Source of the DNA: Candidatus Marinacidobacterales bacterium
GTDB lineage: Bacteria; Acidobacteriota; Vicinamibacteria; Marinacidobacterales; DATDRI01
DNA: 64,000 nt
Assembly: GCA_965219415.1 (NCBI GenBank)
Contig: OZ244742.1
Location: forward strand, 1,312,001 to 1,376,000
Reading direction: 5' to 3'
Part shown: positions 1 to 10,507 of the stretch, one piece after another
Layout: each line of letters starts with the position of its first letter
How positions within the stretch are numbered: the stretch's first letter is position 1
Notes under the pieces: model-generated
Database searches by the model: none
Seen by the model: only the letters and a program-made list of their open reading frames with translations
Told to the model about the DNA's origin: nothing
Made by a program: the position numbers and the translations under genes

Positions 1-1702
1 GAGTCTATCAACCGGGGGATCGGCGCGGACTGGCGTGAGGTCTTTCGCATCAACGCCGCCGCGACGGGGGCCGACCTCACCGAAGCGATGGAGTTCATCC
101 AACCGGACGACGGCAACGAGCACGACAAGACAGTATTCCGGGTGGCGCTACCCAAACCGCTCGCACCGGGAGAGGGGGTAGCCCTCGACTTTGAGTTTCG
201 AGCCCAACTACCCACACCACCCTTCGCACGCACCGGCGCCAAGGAGGAATACTTCTTCGTTGGCCAATGGTTTCCCAAGATCGCCGTCCACGACCGCGGC
301 GAATGGAACGCCCACCAGTTTCACTACAACTCGGAGTTCTTTGCAGACTACGGAGTCTACGATGTGCGGATGACGGTTCCAGAAGACTTCGTTCTCGGTG
401 CGACCGGTTTGCAGGTAGAGACCGTAGACGGTGGCGATGGGACCACCACTCACTACTACCACGCCGAGGATGTCCACGACTTCGCCTGGACCGCGAGCCC
501 GGAGTACCAGGTCTTCACCGGTGAAACCCAAGACGTGAAAATAAGGGCGTTGGTACAGCCGGACCACGTGGGGCAAGGACAGCGCCATATCGACGCCGCC
601 AAAGTCGCGGTTAGTTTCTTCCAAGACAATTATGGCGATTACCCGTTTCCGAACTTGACGGTCGTCGATCCTCGACGAGGCGCCGGCGGGTCGGGCGGGA
701 TGGAGTACCCGACGCTGATCACCGCCGGAACGAGATACAACATGCCCGCTGGCATACGCATGCTCGAGATGGTGATCACTCATGAGTTTGGCCACAACTT
801 CTGGTACCACCTCCTCGCTAGCAACGAATTCGAGGAAGCCTGGATGGACGAGGGCATCAATACCTACACCGACGGCCTGGCCGTCGACGCCCACTACGGA
901 GGCTACCTCATTGATTTTCTCGGATTCAAGGTCACGAGCGAGGAGATGAACCGAGCGATGTACATCTCTAGCCCGAAAGCGGACCCCGTCTATCTGAAGG
1001 CTTGGCAGGGCTACAACCGCTCAAGCTACGGGGCGAACTCCTATGCCAAGCCGGGGCTCATCCTGAGAACGCTGCGAAATTATCTTGGCCCTGAAAAGAT
1101 GAACGATGCGATGCGCGCCTACGTCGAACGCTGGCGTTTCAAACATCCTAAGACCGACGATTTCATCGAGGTCGCCAACGACGTCACAGGACAGGATCTC
1201 CGTTGGTACTTCGACCAAGCGATCTTTTCGAATGCAGTACTCGACTACTCGGTTGCTTCGATCGAAAGCGAAGAGGTCAAGGAAGTCGGTTACGACCTCG
1301 ACAAATCGGTGGAAGAGGCATGGAACCCGTCCGAGGAAGACGAAAACGAGGGAGAGGACGCCGGTGTAGTCGACGAAGACCAAGCCGACACGTTTTACCG
1401 AAGCGAGATCAAGATTCGCCGGCTCGGCGAGTTCAGATTCCCCACCGAGATCGAGATCGTCTTCGAGGACGGCGAGACGGTTCGAGAGCAGTGGGACGGA
1501 CAAGAGGCTTGGACCAAGCTCACCTTCGTGAGATCGACCAAGCTTGCATCTGTCACCGTCGACCCGGACCGAAATGTACCGCTCGACGTGAACTACACCA
1601 ACAACAAGCCGCACTCTCGAACCGCAGAAGCTCGGCATCACCAAAGTTACGACGCGCTGGATGTTCTGGTGGCAGTTCCTGCTGGATTTGGTAAGCCTGT
1701 AG
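1..1702 (+). CDS. M1 family zinc aminopeptidase (5' end outside window; +1 frameshift near 1605)
   Basis: GGMEYP and HEFGH-x18-E motifs; frame open from base 1. Removing one A in AACAACAAGCCGC gives the C-terminus NNSRTLEPQKLGITKVTTRWMFWWQFLLDLVSL* ending at 1702. Confidence 0.9.
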
Positions 1703-1708
1703 GCACTA

Positions 1709-1738
1709 GCAGGGTGCTGAACATGCACTGCACCCTGC
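1709..1738. repeat. Intergenic inverted repeat (REP/terminator-like hairpin)
   Basis: GCAGGGTGC (1709-1717) / GCACCCTGC (1730-1738), perfect 9-bp stem. Confidence 0.5.
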
Positions 1739-1853
1739 GCGAGCGGAGCGAGCCCGGCCCGGATGGGCCGACGGCGGGAAGCCGAGCGCGGAGCGAGGCG
1801 CCAAGCGCGCGAACGAGGAGTGAGCGCGCATTGAAGCACTAGAGGTAGCACTC

Positions 1854-2782
1854 ATGATCTGGAGATCCTTCAAACCGGGCCTGAGCCAAGTGTGGTCCAC
1901 GAAACGATTAGTACTGCTTCTATACCTGGCGTCGGCGGTTCTTGGACTCCTGCTTGCCCTGCCCCTGCGTGCGGTCCTGTTGGACTTCGCGGGGCGCTCC
2001 CTCGAAGGTGCCGCGCTCGTCAATGGGGTCAGTACGGGTTTCTTCTTCGAACTGCTGTTACACAACGGGGCGGGCTTGGCAGGCCTTCGCGCGCCTGCCC
2101 TCTTCGCCTCCATCGCTTACTTGATAGTGTCTCTCTTTTTGTCCGGGGGGCGCTTGCGGTCTTGGCCAGCGGCGATCGATACCGGGCCATCGATTTTTGG
2201 GGAGGAGGTGCGAAGTTTTTCGGGCGGTTTCTGAGACTGGCCCTATGGAGCTCGCTACTCCTCGCGGCCCTCTACCTATTGCCCCTAAACGCGAGCGGGC
2301 TACAGCGACTCTTTTTCGGCAGCGATCCATACGAGTACGTGTCTTATTGGGGAGCCTGGATCCGAGGAGGACTCCTTCTGATCGCCCTCTTCTTCTTCCG
2401 CATCTGCTTCGACTATGCGCGCATCCACGCCGTCGTCACCGACGAACGCAGGATGAGGGTCTCGCTCTGGCGCGGGATCGGTTTCGCGTTGCGAAACCCA
2501 CTAGCGGCGGTCGGGCTAGCCCTTCTGATCGCCTTTGTGGGAGGCATCGCTTTGTTGGTCTACCGCCCGCTCTCGGCTGCGGTGGATGGGTCAACGGTAG
2601 CCGCCGTCGTTGCGGCGGTGGTGGCGCAACAGGCGTACATCATTTGGCGAGCGGTAATTCGGCTGACTCGCTACGGGAGCCAGATCACATTGTTTCGCGA
2701 GTTGGCGGGGGATCTATCCGAAGCGCCTGCACCTGAGCCACCCGCACCGGCGAGAGAACCAGTGATCGCGGAAGCGAACTGA
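1854..2782 (+). CDS. Multi-pass membrane protein following the M1 peptidase (frameshift in G-run near 2145)
   Basis: ORFs 1854-2234 and 1892-2782 join as ...FLSGGAL... with one added G; several hydrophobic helices. Confidence 0.7.
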
Positions 2783-2785
2783 GTT

Positions 2786-4252
2786 TTAGGAACCGTCCGT
2801 TGCGGCGCTCCCAGTTTTGCCGAAACAATAGAGCGCACCGCGGGTGCGAAGGTAGATACGCCCGTCGGCGATCGCCGGAGTCGCATAACACAGATCGTCC
2901 ACATCATTGACCGCCAGCACTTGCAATTTGCCGTCCGGTTTCATCACCGACACCTTGCCCGACTCGCTCACGAAGAAGATCTTGCCGTCCGCGGCGACCG
3001 GTGACGCGTAGTAACTGTCGACCGCTTCTTTGATCCGACCTTGGGCGATCACCTCTCCCGTCTGCGGTCGGAGCGAGGTCACGATTCCTCCATCGTTAAT
3101 CATATGAAGCACGTCTTGATAGATGACCGGCGACGGGAGCTGCGGCACGGCGCGATGATATTGCCAGCGTATGTTTTTCTCCGACATATTGCCTTGGCCC
3201 CCGAGGGCGATCCCCAGGACGCCGTTCTTGGACGCGAGTGCCGCGCGGTAAAAATTCCACTCCTCCTCGTCTAGGAAACCGTCAACATTCAGGTCGGTGA
3301 AAAAATCCATCCATCCCTTGGCCCGCGGGTCGCCCTCCAGTTCTTCGGAAGTGAACCGGCCGTCTCCGTCGGAGTCCATCTTGGCTTGGACTTCCTGGTA
3401 CGTGGCGACTTCCACCTGATTGCCGGGCTGGTTGAGTGGCGACCCGTAGCCGTTGACGTAGACCGTGTCCTGGTGCATCACCGGCGTTGACTTCATTTCG
3501 AAGGAGAGACCGCTCACCCACCAGATCTTCTCGCCGGTATCAACTGAATAGGCGGTCAACAGAAAAGAACCAGGCACCAGGATCTGGCGGGAGCCGTCGT
3601 CGGCTTCATAGAGAATCGGCGTGGAATGCCCGCTCTTCGCTTCCGGTCGCGCCGTCTTCCAGAGCGTGCGTCCATCTTCTTTCGCCACCGCGAGAAGAAA
3701 CGAACCGGTCTGCTGGTCGCAAGCGAGGATCACCTTGTCGTCCACCAGAACGGGTGATGCCCCCATCCCGTAGACGTTATCGAATGGGCCCAACTGGAAA
3801 CGCCATCGTTCGTTCCCGTCGAAATCGTAGGAAATCATGCCGTAGTCGGGAAAGAACACGTAGACACCCTCACCGTCGGTGACCGGGCTGGGAGAGGCGG
3901 GATTGTTGCGTTTGTCGAGTTTTTCTTCTCTTTCCCGCGGAGCTTGTCTCCTCCAGAGAATCTCCCCGGTCGAGCGATCGAGAGAAATCGTGAGGAGCTT
4001 CCCGTCCTCAACCGCGGTTAGAAAAATGCGATTTGCCCATAGAATCGGCGATGAGTGCCCGGGTGGAAGAGGTGTCTTCCAAACGACATTCTGCTCCGGT
4101 CCGAATTCGACCGGCAGTCCCTGGGTGTCCACCACACCCGAGCCGTTCGGTCCTCGAAACCGGGACCACTCGTTCGCGTCAGCGATGGTTAACCCCCAAA
4201 ACACCAAGGAGACAGAAATCGCGGTTCCCCTAACCCGTTGCCCTACCTTCAT
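2786..4252 (-). CDS. Secreted PQQ-binding-like (BamB-like) beta-propeller with EF-hand-like insert
   Basis: Signal peptide, WSRFRGPNGSG start, repeated SSP/STP and GE-LW blades; DSDGDGRFTSEE and DLNVDGFLDEEE loops. Confidence 0.85.
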   Translation of the reverse strand: MKVGQRVRGTAISVSLVFWGLTIADANEWSRFRGPNGSGVVDTQGLPVEFGPEQNVVWKTPLPPGHSSPILWANRIFLTAVEDGKLLTISLDRSTGEILWRRQAPREREEKLDKRNNPASPSPVTDGEGVYVFFPDYGMISYDFDGNERWRFQLGPFDNVYGMGASPVLVDDKVILACDQQTGSFLLAVAKEDGRTLWKTARPEAKSGHSTPILYEADDGSRQILVPGSFLLTAYSVDTGEKIWWVSGLSFEMKSTPVMHQDTVYVNGYGSPLNQPGNQVEVATYQEVQAKMDSDGDGRFTSEELEGDPRAKGWMDFFTDLNVDGFLDEEEWNFYRAALASKNGVLGIALGGQGNMSEKNIRWQYHRAVPQLPSPVIYQDVLHMINDGGIVTSLRPQTGEVIAQGRIKEAVDSYYASPVAADGKIFFVSESGKVSVMKPDGKLQVLAVNDVDDLCYATPAIADGRIYLRTRGALYCFGKTGSAATDGS

Positions 4253-4343
4253 CGTCGATCCTTTCCTCTTTGGGCCCTTCGCGGACAGAACTGAGGTCGC
4301 TATTCAATCACAGTTTGGTAGCGATTTGGAATCGCCAGTAGCT

Positions 4344-5810
4344 TCAATCGGAGAAGAACTTCTCGAGCACCGAGTCGCTCGGCGGACGGGTCGATAGAGA
4401 CACCATCACCAAGACCAACGAGGCACCACAGACGACCACCACCACCGGAAGCAATCCGGTGTGGGCTACGGTATAGCCACCCCCGGCGTCTGACGACTGG
4501 ACAAAGAAATAGGTCCACAGGCCGGCCACAGTGAAGATAGCCGCCATGACGCCCTCCTTTGTGCTTCTTCTCCAAAAAAGTGCGGCCGGGACGATCGGAA
4601 ACAACCCACTGTATCCAGTCAACGACCACACGCCCATGTTGAAGATAGATCGCGTCGTGACCAGCGACAACAAGAAGGCTGCCGCTAAGAGGAGCATTAC
4701 GAACACTCGGCCGAACAGAACCTGCTGTCTTTCCGACAGTTTGTCTCGGAAGCCGTAGTGGCGGACGATGTCCTGCGTAAACATCGTTCCGGCAGCCAGC
4801 GCCTGGGAATCGAGAGACGACATGATAGCGGCAAAGACCCCGGCTCCCAAACACCCGGCGAGAAAGCCACCGGCATTGCCGAGGATGAGTTTGACCAAAA
4901 TCGGACCGTCTAGGGGCGCCGCGTAATCAATGTTGCCGACGACTCCGAGCATCACACTGGGCACCCACACCGCCGTGACACAAAGGGGGTAGAAGACGAT
5001 GCTGTAACGGAACGAGCCAGCCTCACGCGCCGACAGCCAGTGACTGAAAATATGTGGGAAGGCTCCCACCGAGAAGGGAAGAAAAAAGAAAGAGAACATG
5101 CGCATGTGAGCAGTCCGCTCGCTTCCGATTGCGAGTAAAGACGGGTGGGTCGCGCGAACCGACTCCATGGCACCCTGAAGGCCGCCGTACTTCCCGAAGA
5201 TGACCAGAAAGGTGATGCCACCCACGATCATGAAAACGAGCGTTTGGAACGTGTTCGCCCACGCTGTACTGCGCATGCCTCCGTAGGTGACGTAGACGAA
5301 GACCACGCCGCAGATGAGCAAGCTTCCGATCCAGGAATCAACTCCCTCTCCCGCTCCGCCGGTGATAGCGTGCAACGCGTCGCCTCCGCCTTTCACGCCG
5401 ATCAAAACGTATGGAAGCATCAGGGAGACCAATACGACAAATAGCATCAGCCCTAAGACATCGGACTCGTACCTTTCCCGGAAGAATTGGACCTGTGTCA
5501 GGTAGCCTTCCTTCTTGCCGAGCCACCACAAACGCGTCCCCACGAAGTAGAAAACCAATGGAAGCATTATCGCGGAGCTCGAGCCCATCAAGGCGAAGAC
5601 TATGATGCCCTCCCGAAACGCCTGACCAGAAGCTCCCAACATCGTGAAAGCGGTCATGTTGGTTCCGAAGAGAGTCATGAGCAAAACGAAAGGCCCAATC
5701 GTCCGGCTGGCCAAGAAGTAATCCTCGCCGGTGCCGCGGAACAAGCGGTGTGCCAGCATTCCAACGAACAACACCAGAATGAGGTAGGCGACGATGACTC
5801 CGAGGATCAT
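4344..5810 (-). CDS. Sodium:solute symporter (SSS family)
   Basis: EDYFLASR, YVTYGGMRSTAWAN, AAIMSSLDS motifs; about 13 TM segments. Confidence 0.92.
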   Translation of the reverse strand: MILGVIVAYLILVLFVGMLAHRLFRGTGEDYFLASRTIGPFVLLMTLFGTNMTAFTMLGASGQAFREGIIVFALMGSSSAIMLPLVFYFVGTRLWWLGKKEGYLTQVQFFRERYESDVLGLMLFVVLVSLMLPYVLIGVKGGGDALHAITGGAGEGVDSWIGSLLICGVVFVYVTYGGMRSTAWANTFQTLVFMIVGGITFLVIFGKYGGLQGAMESVRATHPSLLAIGSERTAHMRMFSFFFLPFSVGAFPHIFSHWLSAREAGSFRYSIVFYPLCVTAVWVPSVMLGVVGNIDYAAPLDGPILVKLILGNAGGFLAGCLGAGVFAAIMSSLDSQALAAGTMFTQDIVRHYGFRDKLSERQQVLFGRVFVMLLLAAAFLLSLVTTRSIFNMGVWSLTGYSGLFPIVPAALFWRRSTKEGVMAAIFTVAGLWTYFFVQSSDAGGGYTVAHTGLLPVVVVVCGASLVLVMVSLSTRPPSDSVLEKFFSD

Positions 5811-5822
5811 GAGTTCCGATCC

Positions 5823-6056
5823 CTATTTTTTGTCCAGATAGCGAGGCCACGCCCGTCTGATGACGAGGAGCATGATCGCCGACCAGAGAACGCTCAAAAC
5901 GATGTGATAGAGGAGATTGATCGGAAGTCCGGAGATGAGGCTATCGTCACTCCATAACCGTGGGCTTTGGTGCAGCAAGAGTCCGATGGGCACCAACAGA
6001 ACAACCCAGAAGGGATAGCGTCGGGTTTTCAAGGGTGCCCGAGAAGTCTTATCCAT
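5823..6056 (-). CDS. Small 2-TM protein preceding SSS transporter (DUF3311-like)
   Basis: 77 aa, two hydrophobic helices, GLP motif, directly upstream of the SSS gene. Confidence 0.7.
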   Translation of the reverse strand: MDKTSRAPLKTRRYPFWVVLLVPIGLLLHQSPRLWSDDSLISGLPINLLYHIVLSVLWSAIMLLVIRRAWPRYLDKK

Positions 6057-6265
6057 CGGATGGAGAGAGAGTCGCAGCCATAGAGGAACGTGATGTTAGT
6101 TCGAGGCCGTGCGGAGATGCAACGGCCTCGAACGTCGGGCGAGCTTAGCGTCCCTGCTCTTCGGCGGCGTGCGCTTGCCGCTCGCGGTTCACTCGGATCT
6201 CGCGCCCAAGGTCGTTAACCGCCATGGCATAGTAGGCGCTTCGATTGTAGCGGGTAATGACATAG

Positions 6266-7649
6266 GGGTCTACGCGGATTCGTGTGGGTTGAAAACTGCA
6301 TTTCTGGGTAATGGCGGAAGGAAAGCCGCCACGATCTTCAGCCTGAGATATTCCTCGTCGCGATAGCCGTAGGCGCGTCGTTGCAGAACACGGATTTTGT
6401 TGTTGACCCCTTCAACTAGGCCGAGACTGACTTTGTTCTCCGGATGACAGTAGGAGGCGATACCATCCCAATGGGACTCAATCATACCGGCGAACTTCTG
6501 GTACGGATGCAGGCGTTGCCATTTGAGGCTGTCTTTCCAACGGGTGAAAAAGGCGCGAGCGCCGCGTTCGGTGCGGTAATCCCAGAGTTGCCCGAAGGCC
6601 TCCTTCAAAATATAGGCGGTGTTCAGGCGCCGGTTGGCCTGGAGCAACTTTTTGAGTGCGCGGCGACCGTCTAGGCTCAGGTTCTCCCGCCGGGAAAGCA
6701 AAGTGTAACGCTGCCCCTTGATGTACGACCGGTCCTTGCCGCTGAGGCGTTTGTACTCACCGCGCCGGACCTCATCGAGGGCCTTTGACAGATGACGCAT
6801 GATATGAAACTTGTCGAAGATGATCCGCGCATTAGGCGCGTTGTGAATCACCGAGTTCCGGAAGGGCTTCCACATATCCATGGCGGCCAGCTTGATACGG
6901 GCGCTTTTCTTTCCGCCCAGCGCCTTGAAGAACAAATCGATGTCGGTTTCTTTGCGACCCTCACCGCCCACCCAGATGGGACGCGCCCGCTCCAGGTCGC
7001 TGACAATGACGCGATAGTTATGTCCCTTGCGGATGGAGATCTCATCGACACCGATGGCCCGAGGCGCCGGTAGCCCCGCCCGGTCGACCTGCTCTTGCAT
7101 GTAGAGCGTATCCAGAGCCTTCACCGTACCGTGGTGCAGACGTTCCATCTCGGCCACCGCCTTGTTCGGCATATCCCGGCACAGCTTGCCCACATGCGTC
7201 GCAAAACGCTGGGTGTAGCGCGAGTTGTTCGCCAGCCAGTCTAGGTGTTCTACATGCACACCGCCGCACCCAGAACAGTTGACGCGCCAACGCTCGTATT
7301 CCAGATAGATCCGCCAGCCTGCCAACGACAGGTCGCGGACCCGGCACACTTGCTTGTCATAGCGCCCCCGGCACCGTTGCCCACAGTAAGAGCACACAGC
7401 TGTTTTTTTCGCCTCTTGAGCTGGATGACGCGGGCGTATCGGTCACCGAATAGACCCTTCAATCCGGCACCAACCACGAAACCTGGCAGCGCAAACAGCG
7501 AGCGGATCGACTGGGAATTTTTCACTCGGTTAGCCTATCCTAAAAATGGACCACTTTTCAGCACCTGATGAAGTACTCGATACCTTTTCCACACAATGAG
7601 TTACACTGTTTTTCCGTCAGAACTTACCCACACGAATCCGCGTAAACCC
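6266..7649 (-). mobile_element. ISL3-family insertion sequence (1384 bp)
   Basis: 24-bp IRs GGGT(C/T)TACGCGGATTCGTGTGGGT; 8-bp target duplication TGACATAG at 6258-6265 and 7650-7657. Confidence 0.95.
6270..7525 (-). CDS. ISL3 transposase (two ORFs joined by a -1 shift at A7 run 7403-7409)
   Basis: CxxC zinc finger, IGVDE, AMDMWKPF, DKFH, EGVNNKIRVLQRRAYGYR. Confidence 0.9.
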
Positions 7650-7859
7650 TGACATAGAAATTGTTCAGTCCGAGCCAGTACTGCGGCCCGGCCCGAGTGC
7701 GCAGGCTAAACAGCATCGCGCGCTCGCTGCTCGAAATGTCCTCGATCGGAACCACCCCGAGCCACTTCCATTGCGCCACCACGTGATCGAGCCGCAGGCC
7801 GGAGTCCACGTAAGCCTCATAGTGCTCGCCACTGACTTGCGCCCGCACCGCCACCGCTG

Positions 7860-9317
7860 GGGATGTCCCGGCCGCTGTTGAATTTGGTCGGGTAGCGGCG
7901 GCACCTGTGAATACTCTTAGGCAGCAAACTCATCGCTGTCAAGAGATTTCTGTTTGCTTCTAAGCGCGTGAACGAAAGCGCCCATATGGCGATAGCCTTT
8001 GATACGCCGGAACTTTTTCTGCGCGGTGACGACGCCAAGAGCGGTCCATCGGCGAACCATGGAAGGACTCTTCCAACGCTTGACGTTTCTCGATACTCTG
8101 CGAATGGTTCCGTTGAGATTCTCAATGGCGTTCGTCGTGGCAAGAGACTGGCGAAGTAAGGCGGGCAGCGCGAGCTTCACGACCGTGAGTGTCTCTTCCA
8201 TCCCTTCACGAAGGCTTCCGGCAGCTTCGTCGTAGCCGTTTCGCTCGAGCCACGACACCAATGCCTGAAGTCGCTTGCGCGCCTTGTCGGCACTCTTGCA
8301 CTTGTAGGCTTCCTTCATCGTCTGGAGCACGTAGGCGTGACGAGACTTGGGAAGGTACGAGCGAAGATTCCGGAGTTTATGGATCTGGCACCTTTGGATG
8401 ACCGCGAGGTCCCCCAAAACGTCGACGAGTGCCTTGCGGATGCCTTTGCCTCCGTCCACTACGCAGAGAATCGACTCATCGACGCGCAAGCCCCGCTCGA
8501 GAAGGTCCTGCAACATCGCGGTGCACACCCGAGAGTTCTCCGTCGAGCCCAGCCATATACCCAGGGGCACCTTCGTTCCATCTATTGTGATACCTAGAGT
8601 TACGACGACGGTCTGTCCGGCCACCTCAAGGCCATCCAGCATCAGTGCCGCAAGCTCGAACTCCTCTAGCCGCCGAGACAGGTATTCCTCGAGCTTCTTA
8701 GTCGTCTGGCTCACGAGGTGACGGCTGGCGGCACTCTTACTCGTGCCACGAGACTTCAACTTGGCCGCGGGTTTGTTCAGACTCGATTCGTAATTTCGGG
8801 TCGATACCCCCACCAAGATCTGATTCAACACTCGCTCTGGAAGCGGGTCTTCTTCGCGGAAGGCTTCGAAGTGTGGAAGCGACGCCTCCTCGCCCGACTT
8901 CGAGCGAACTCGAGGTCGCGACACTTGGATGCGACGACCACCGAAGCTCAGCTCTCCGTTCGTGCTCCCCCAGTGGTTATGAGTTCGCTCCTTCTCGTGC
9001 TTGCCCTTGAGCCCCGCGATCTCCTCGGCGTCCTCTCTGAGCAGTAGGTGCAGAGCTGTCAGTCCTTGCTCGTACACCCATTCCGTCAGTTCCGCCTTCG
9101 TGGCCGCGATCCCAGCTATCATCGGTAGCAGTATCTGACCGACTTGGCCAACTACCTTGCCCGTAGGCGAGTGCGTTTGCTTTCTTACTGGCTTCTTTGA
9201 TTTCCTAGGCATTGGTGGCTCCTTGTCCCCCTCTGGAGACGGTTGTTTGGCAGACCTATTCTTAGGCCGGCCAAGGAGCCGCCGCTACCCCAAATTCAAC
9301 ATCCGGCGGGACATCCC
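7860..9317 (-). mobile_element. IS256-family insertion sequence (1458 bp)
   Basis: Imperfect IRs GGGATGTCCCG..TGTTGAATTTGG..GGTAGCGGCGGC; flanks CCGCTG (7854-7859) / CCGCTT (9318-9323). Confidence 0.9.
7917..9212 (-). CDS. IS256/Mutator-family transposase
   Basis: MLDG, VVDGGKG, QRCQIHK, TTNAIENLN motifs. Confidence 0.93.
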   Translation of the reverse strand: MPRKSKKPVRKQTHSPTGKVVGQVGQILLPMIAGIAATKAELTEWVYEQGLTALHLLLREDAEEIAGLKGKHEKERTHNHWGSTNGELSFGGRRIQVSRPRVRSKSGEEASLPHFEAFREEDPLPERVLNQILVGVSTRNYESSLNKPAAKLKSRGTSKSAASRHLVSQTTKKLEEYLSRRLEEFELAALMLDGLEVAGQTVVVTLGITIDGTKVPLGIWLGSTENSRVCTAMLQDLLERGLRVDESILCVVDGGKGIRKALVDVLGDLAVIQRCQIHKLRNLRSYLPKSRHAYVLQTMKEAYKCKSADKARKRLQALVSWLERNGYDEAAGSLREGMEETLTVVKLALPALLRQSLATTNAIENLNGTIRRVSRNVKRWKSPSMVRRWTALGVVTAQKKFRRIKGYRHMGAFVHALRSKQKSLDSDEFAA

Positions 9318-10394
9318 CCGCTTCGACGGGTAGCCAACCGTGCCACTTCAGATAGTTTGCTACGCTTCCGATCGCGTCATCGACGTTGTCGAACAGGTCT
9401 CTCCGGCCGTCACCGTCGAAATCAACGGCGAGGTAGCGGTAGCTGCCCGGCATGAACTGCGCGATCCCCATGGCGCCCGCGTAGGAACCCCGCGCGTTTA
9501 GCGCCCCGACTACGTCCTCTTCACGGGTAAGAAGGAGGTACTGCTCCAACTCGGATCCGAAAAAATCGGCCCGCGGAGGATAGTCGAATGCGAGCGTGGT
9601 GAGAGCGTCGAGCACGCGAAAGGAACCGGTGTTTTTGCCATAGTGTGTCTCGATTCCAATGATGGCAATGATCAGTTCCTCAGGAACTCCGAATTCGCGC
9701 CTCGCCTTCGCCAGTGCCTCGGCGTGCTCGTTCCAAAACCGAACCCCTCCTTGCACTCTCGCCGGATTCACAAACATCGGTCGGTAGTCGTCCCAAGGCT
9801 TGCGCTTGGTTGCCTTGGACATCGCCTTGATGATGCGCGGCTGATGGGTCGCGCGGGCGAAAAGACTCTCAAGGGCGGCGGCATCGAAGCCGTGCTTCAA
9901 AGCCATCGCATCGATGAAAAGCTTGAGCTCGGGGTTGCCGGCGTAGGATTTCGTGGGTGTGCGAGCCGATACGGTCGAGGCCACGCCGAGGACGACCAAC
10001 ACAGCCAGCCCGAACTGAATCCGCGCGACTTGGCCGCCCGGACCGTGGGCAGTTCCCCACGCCCTAAACCGCTGACGTGTCGCCTTTTGCTCTGAATTGG
10101 CCCTTGTGGACATCTTCACCCGCTATACGTTCACACCACGTGCCAGCGACGATCTCGCTGACAAGCAATCCTCGGTGGGAGCTGCCCACTCGAATGCGCC
10201 TACGAGCGACAGCTTCCGCTGTCATGACCCACGGGATGGAAGAGATTATAGCGGCATCTGGCTAGGTTGAGTAGTTGCATCCTAGTCCGCGAGGAGCCAT
10301 CTCCTGTCCCGAAGCCGCTTGCCCGCGAAGGGCGGTGGTGGTGGGGCCCCGCCGCACTGAGCGAAGGAGCAAGCACTCAGGAAAGCTTGCTTGC

Positions 10395-10422
10395 TTGACG
10401 CGTTCGCTCGCGGCATTATACC
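10395..10422 (+). promoter_or_regulatory. Possible sigma70 promoter for the propeller/ADH operon
   Basis: TTGACG-16 bp-TATACC; weak -10. Confidence 0.3.
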
Positions 10423-10507
10423 GTCGTCGCCCTATGTTATTCGAGCTTAGAGACTAACACCCGTGGCAAGGCCCTCCTACCCCTCTCCTAAAGGCATCCG
10501 AGCAAAG

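Larger units (their letters stand above)
6145..10119 (-). pseudogene. mltB: Lytic murein transglycosylase B, interrupted by IS256-family and ISL3-family elements
   Basis: GIETHYG, GSYAGAMGIAQFMPGSY, DAIGSVANYL motifs; middle part 7650-7859 (...LGLNNFYV) and C-terminus ITRYNRSAYYAMAV...QGR* (stop 6145) rejoin in frame after removing both IS. Confidence 0.92.
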
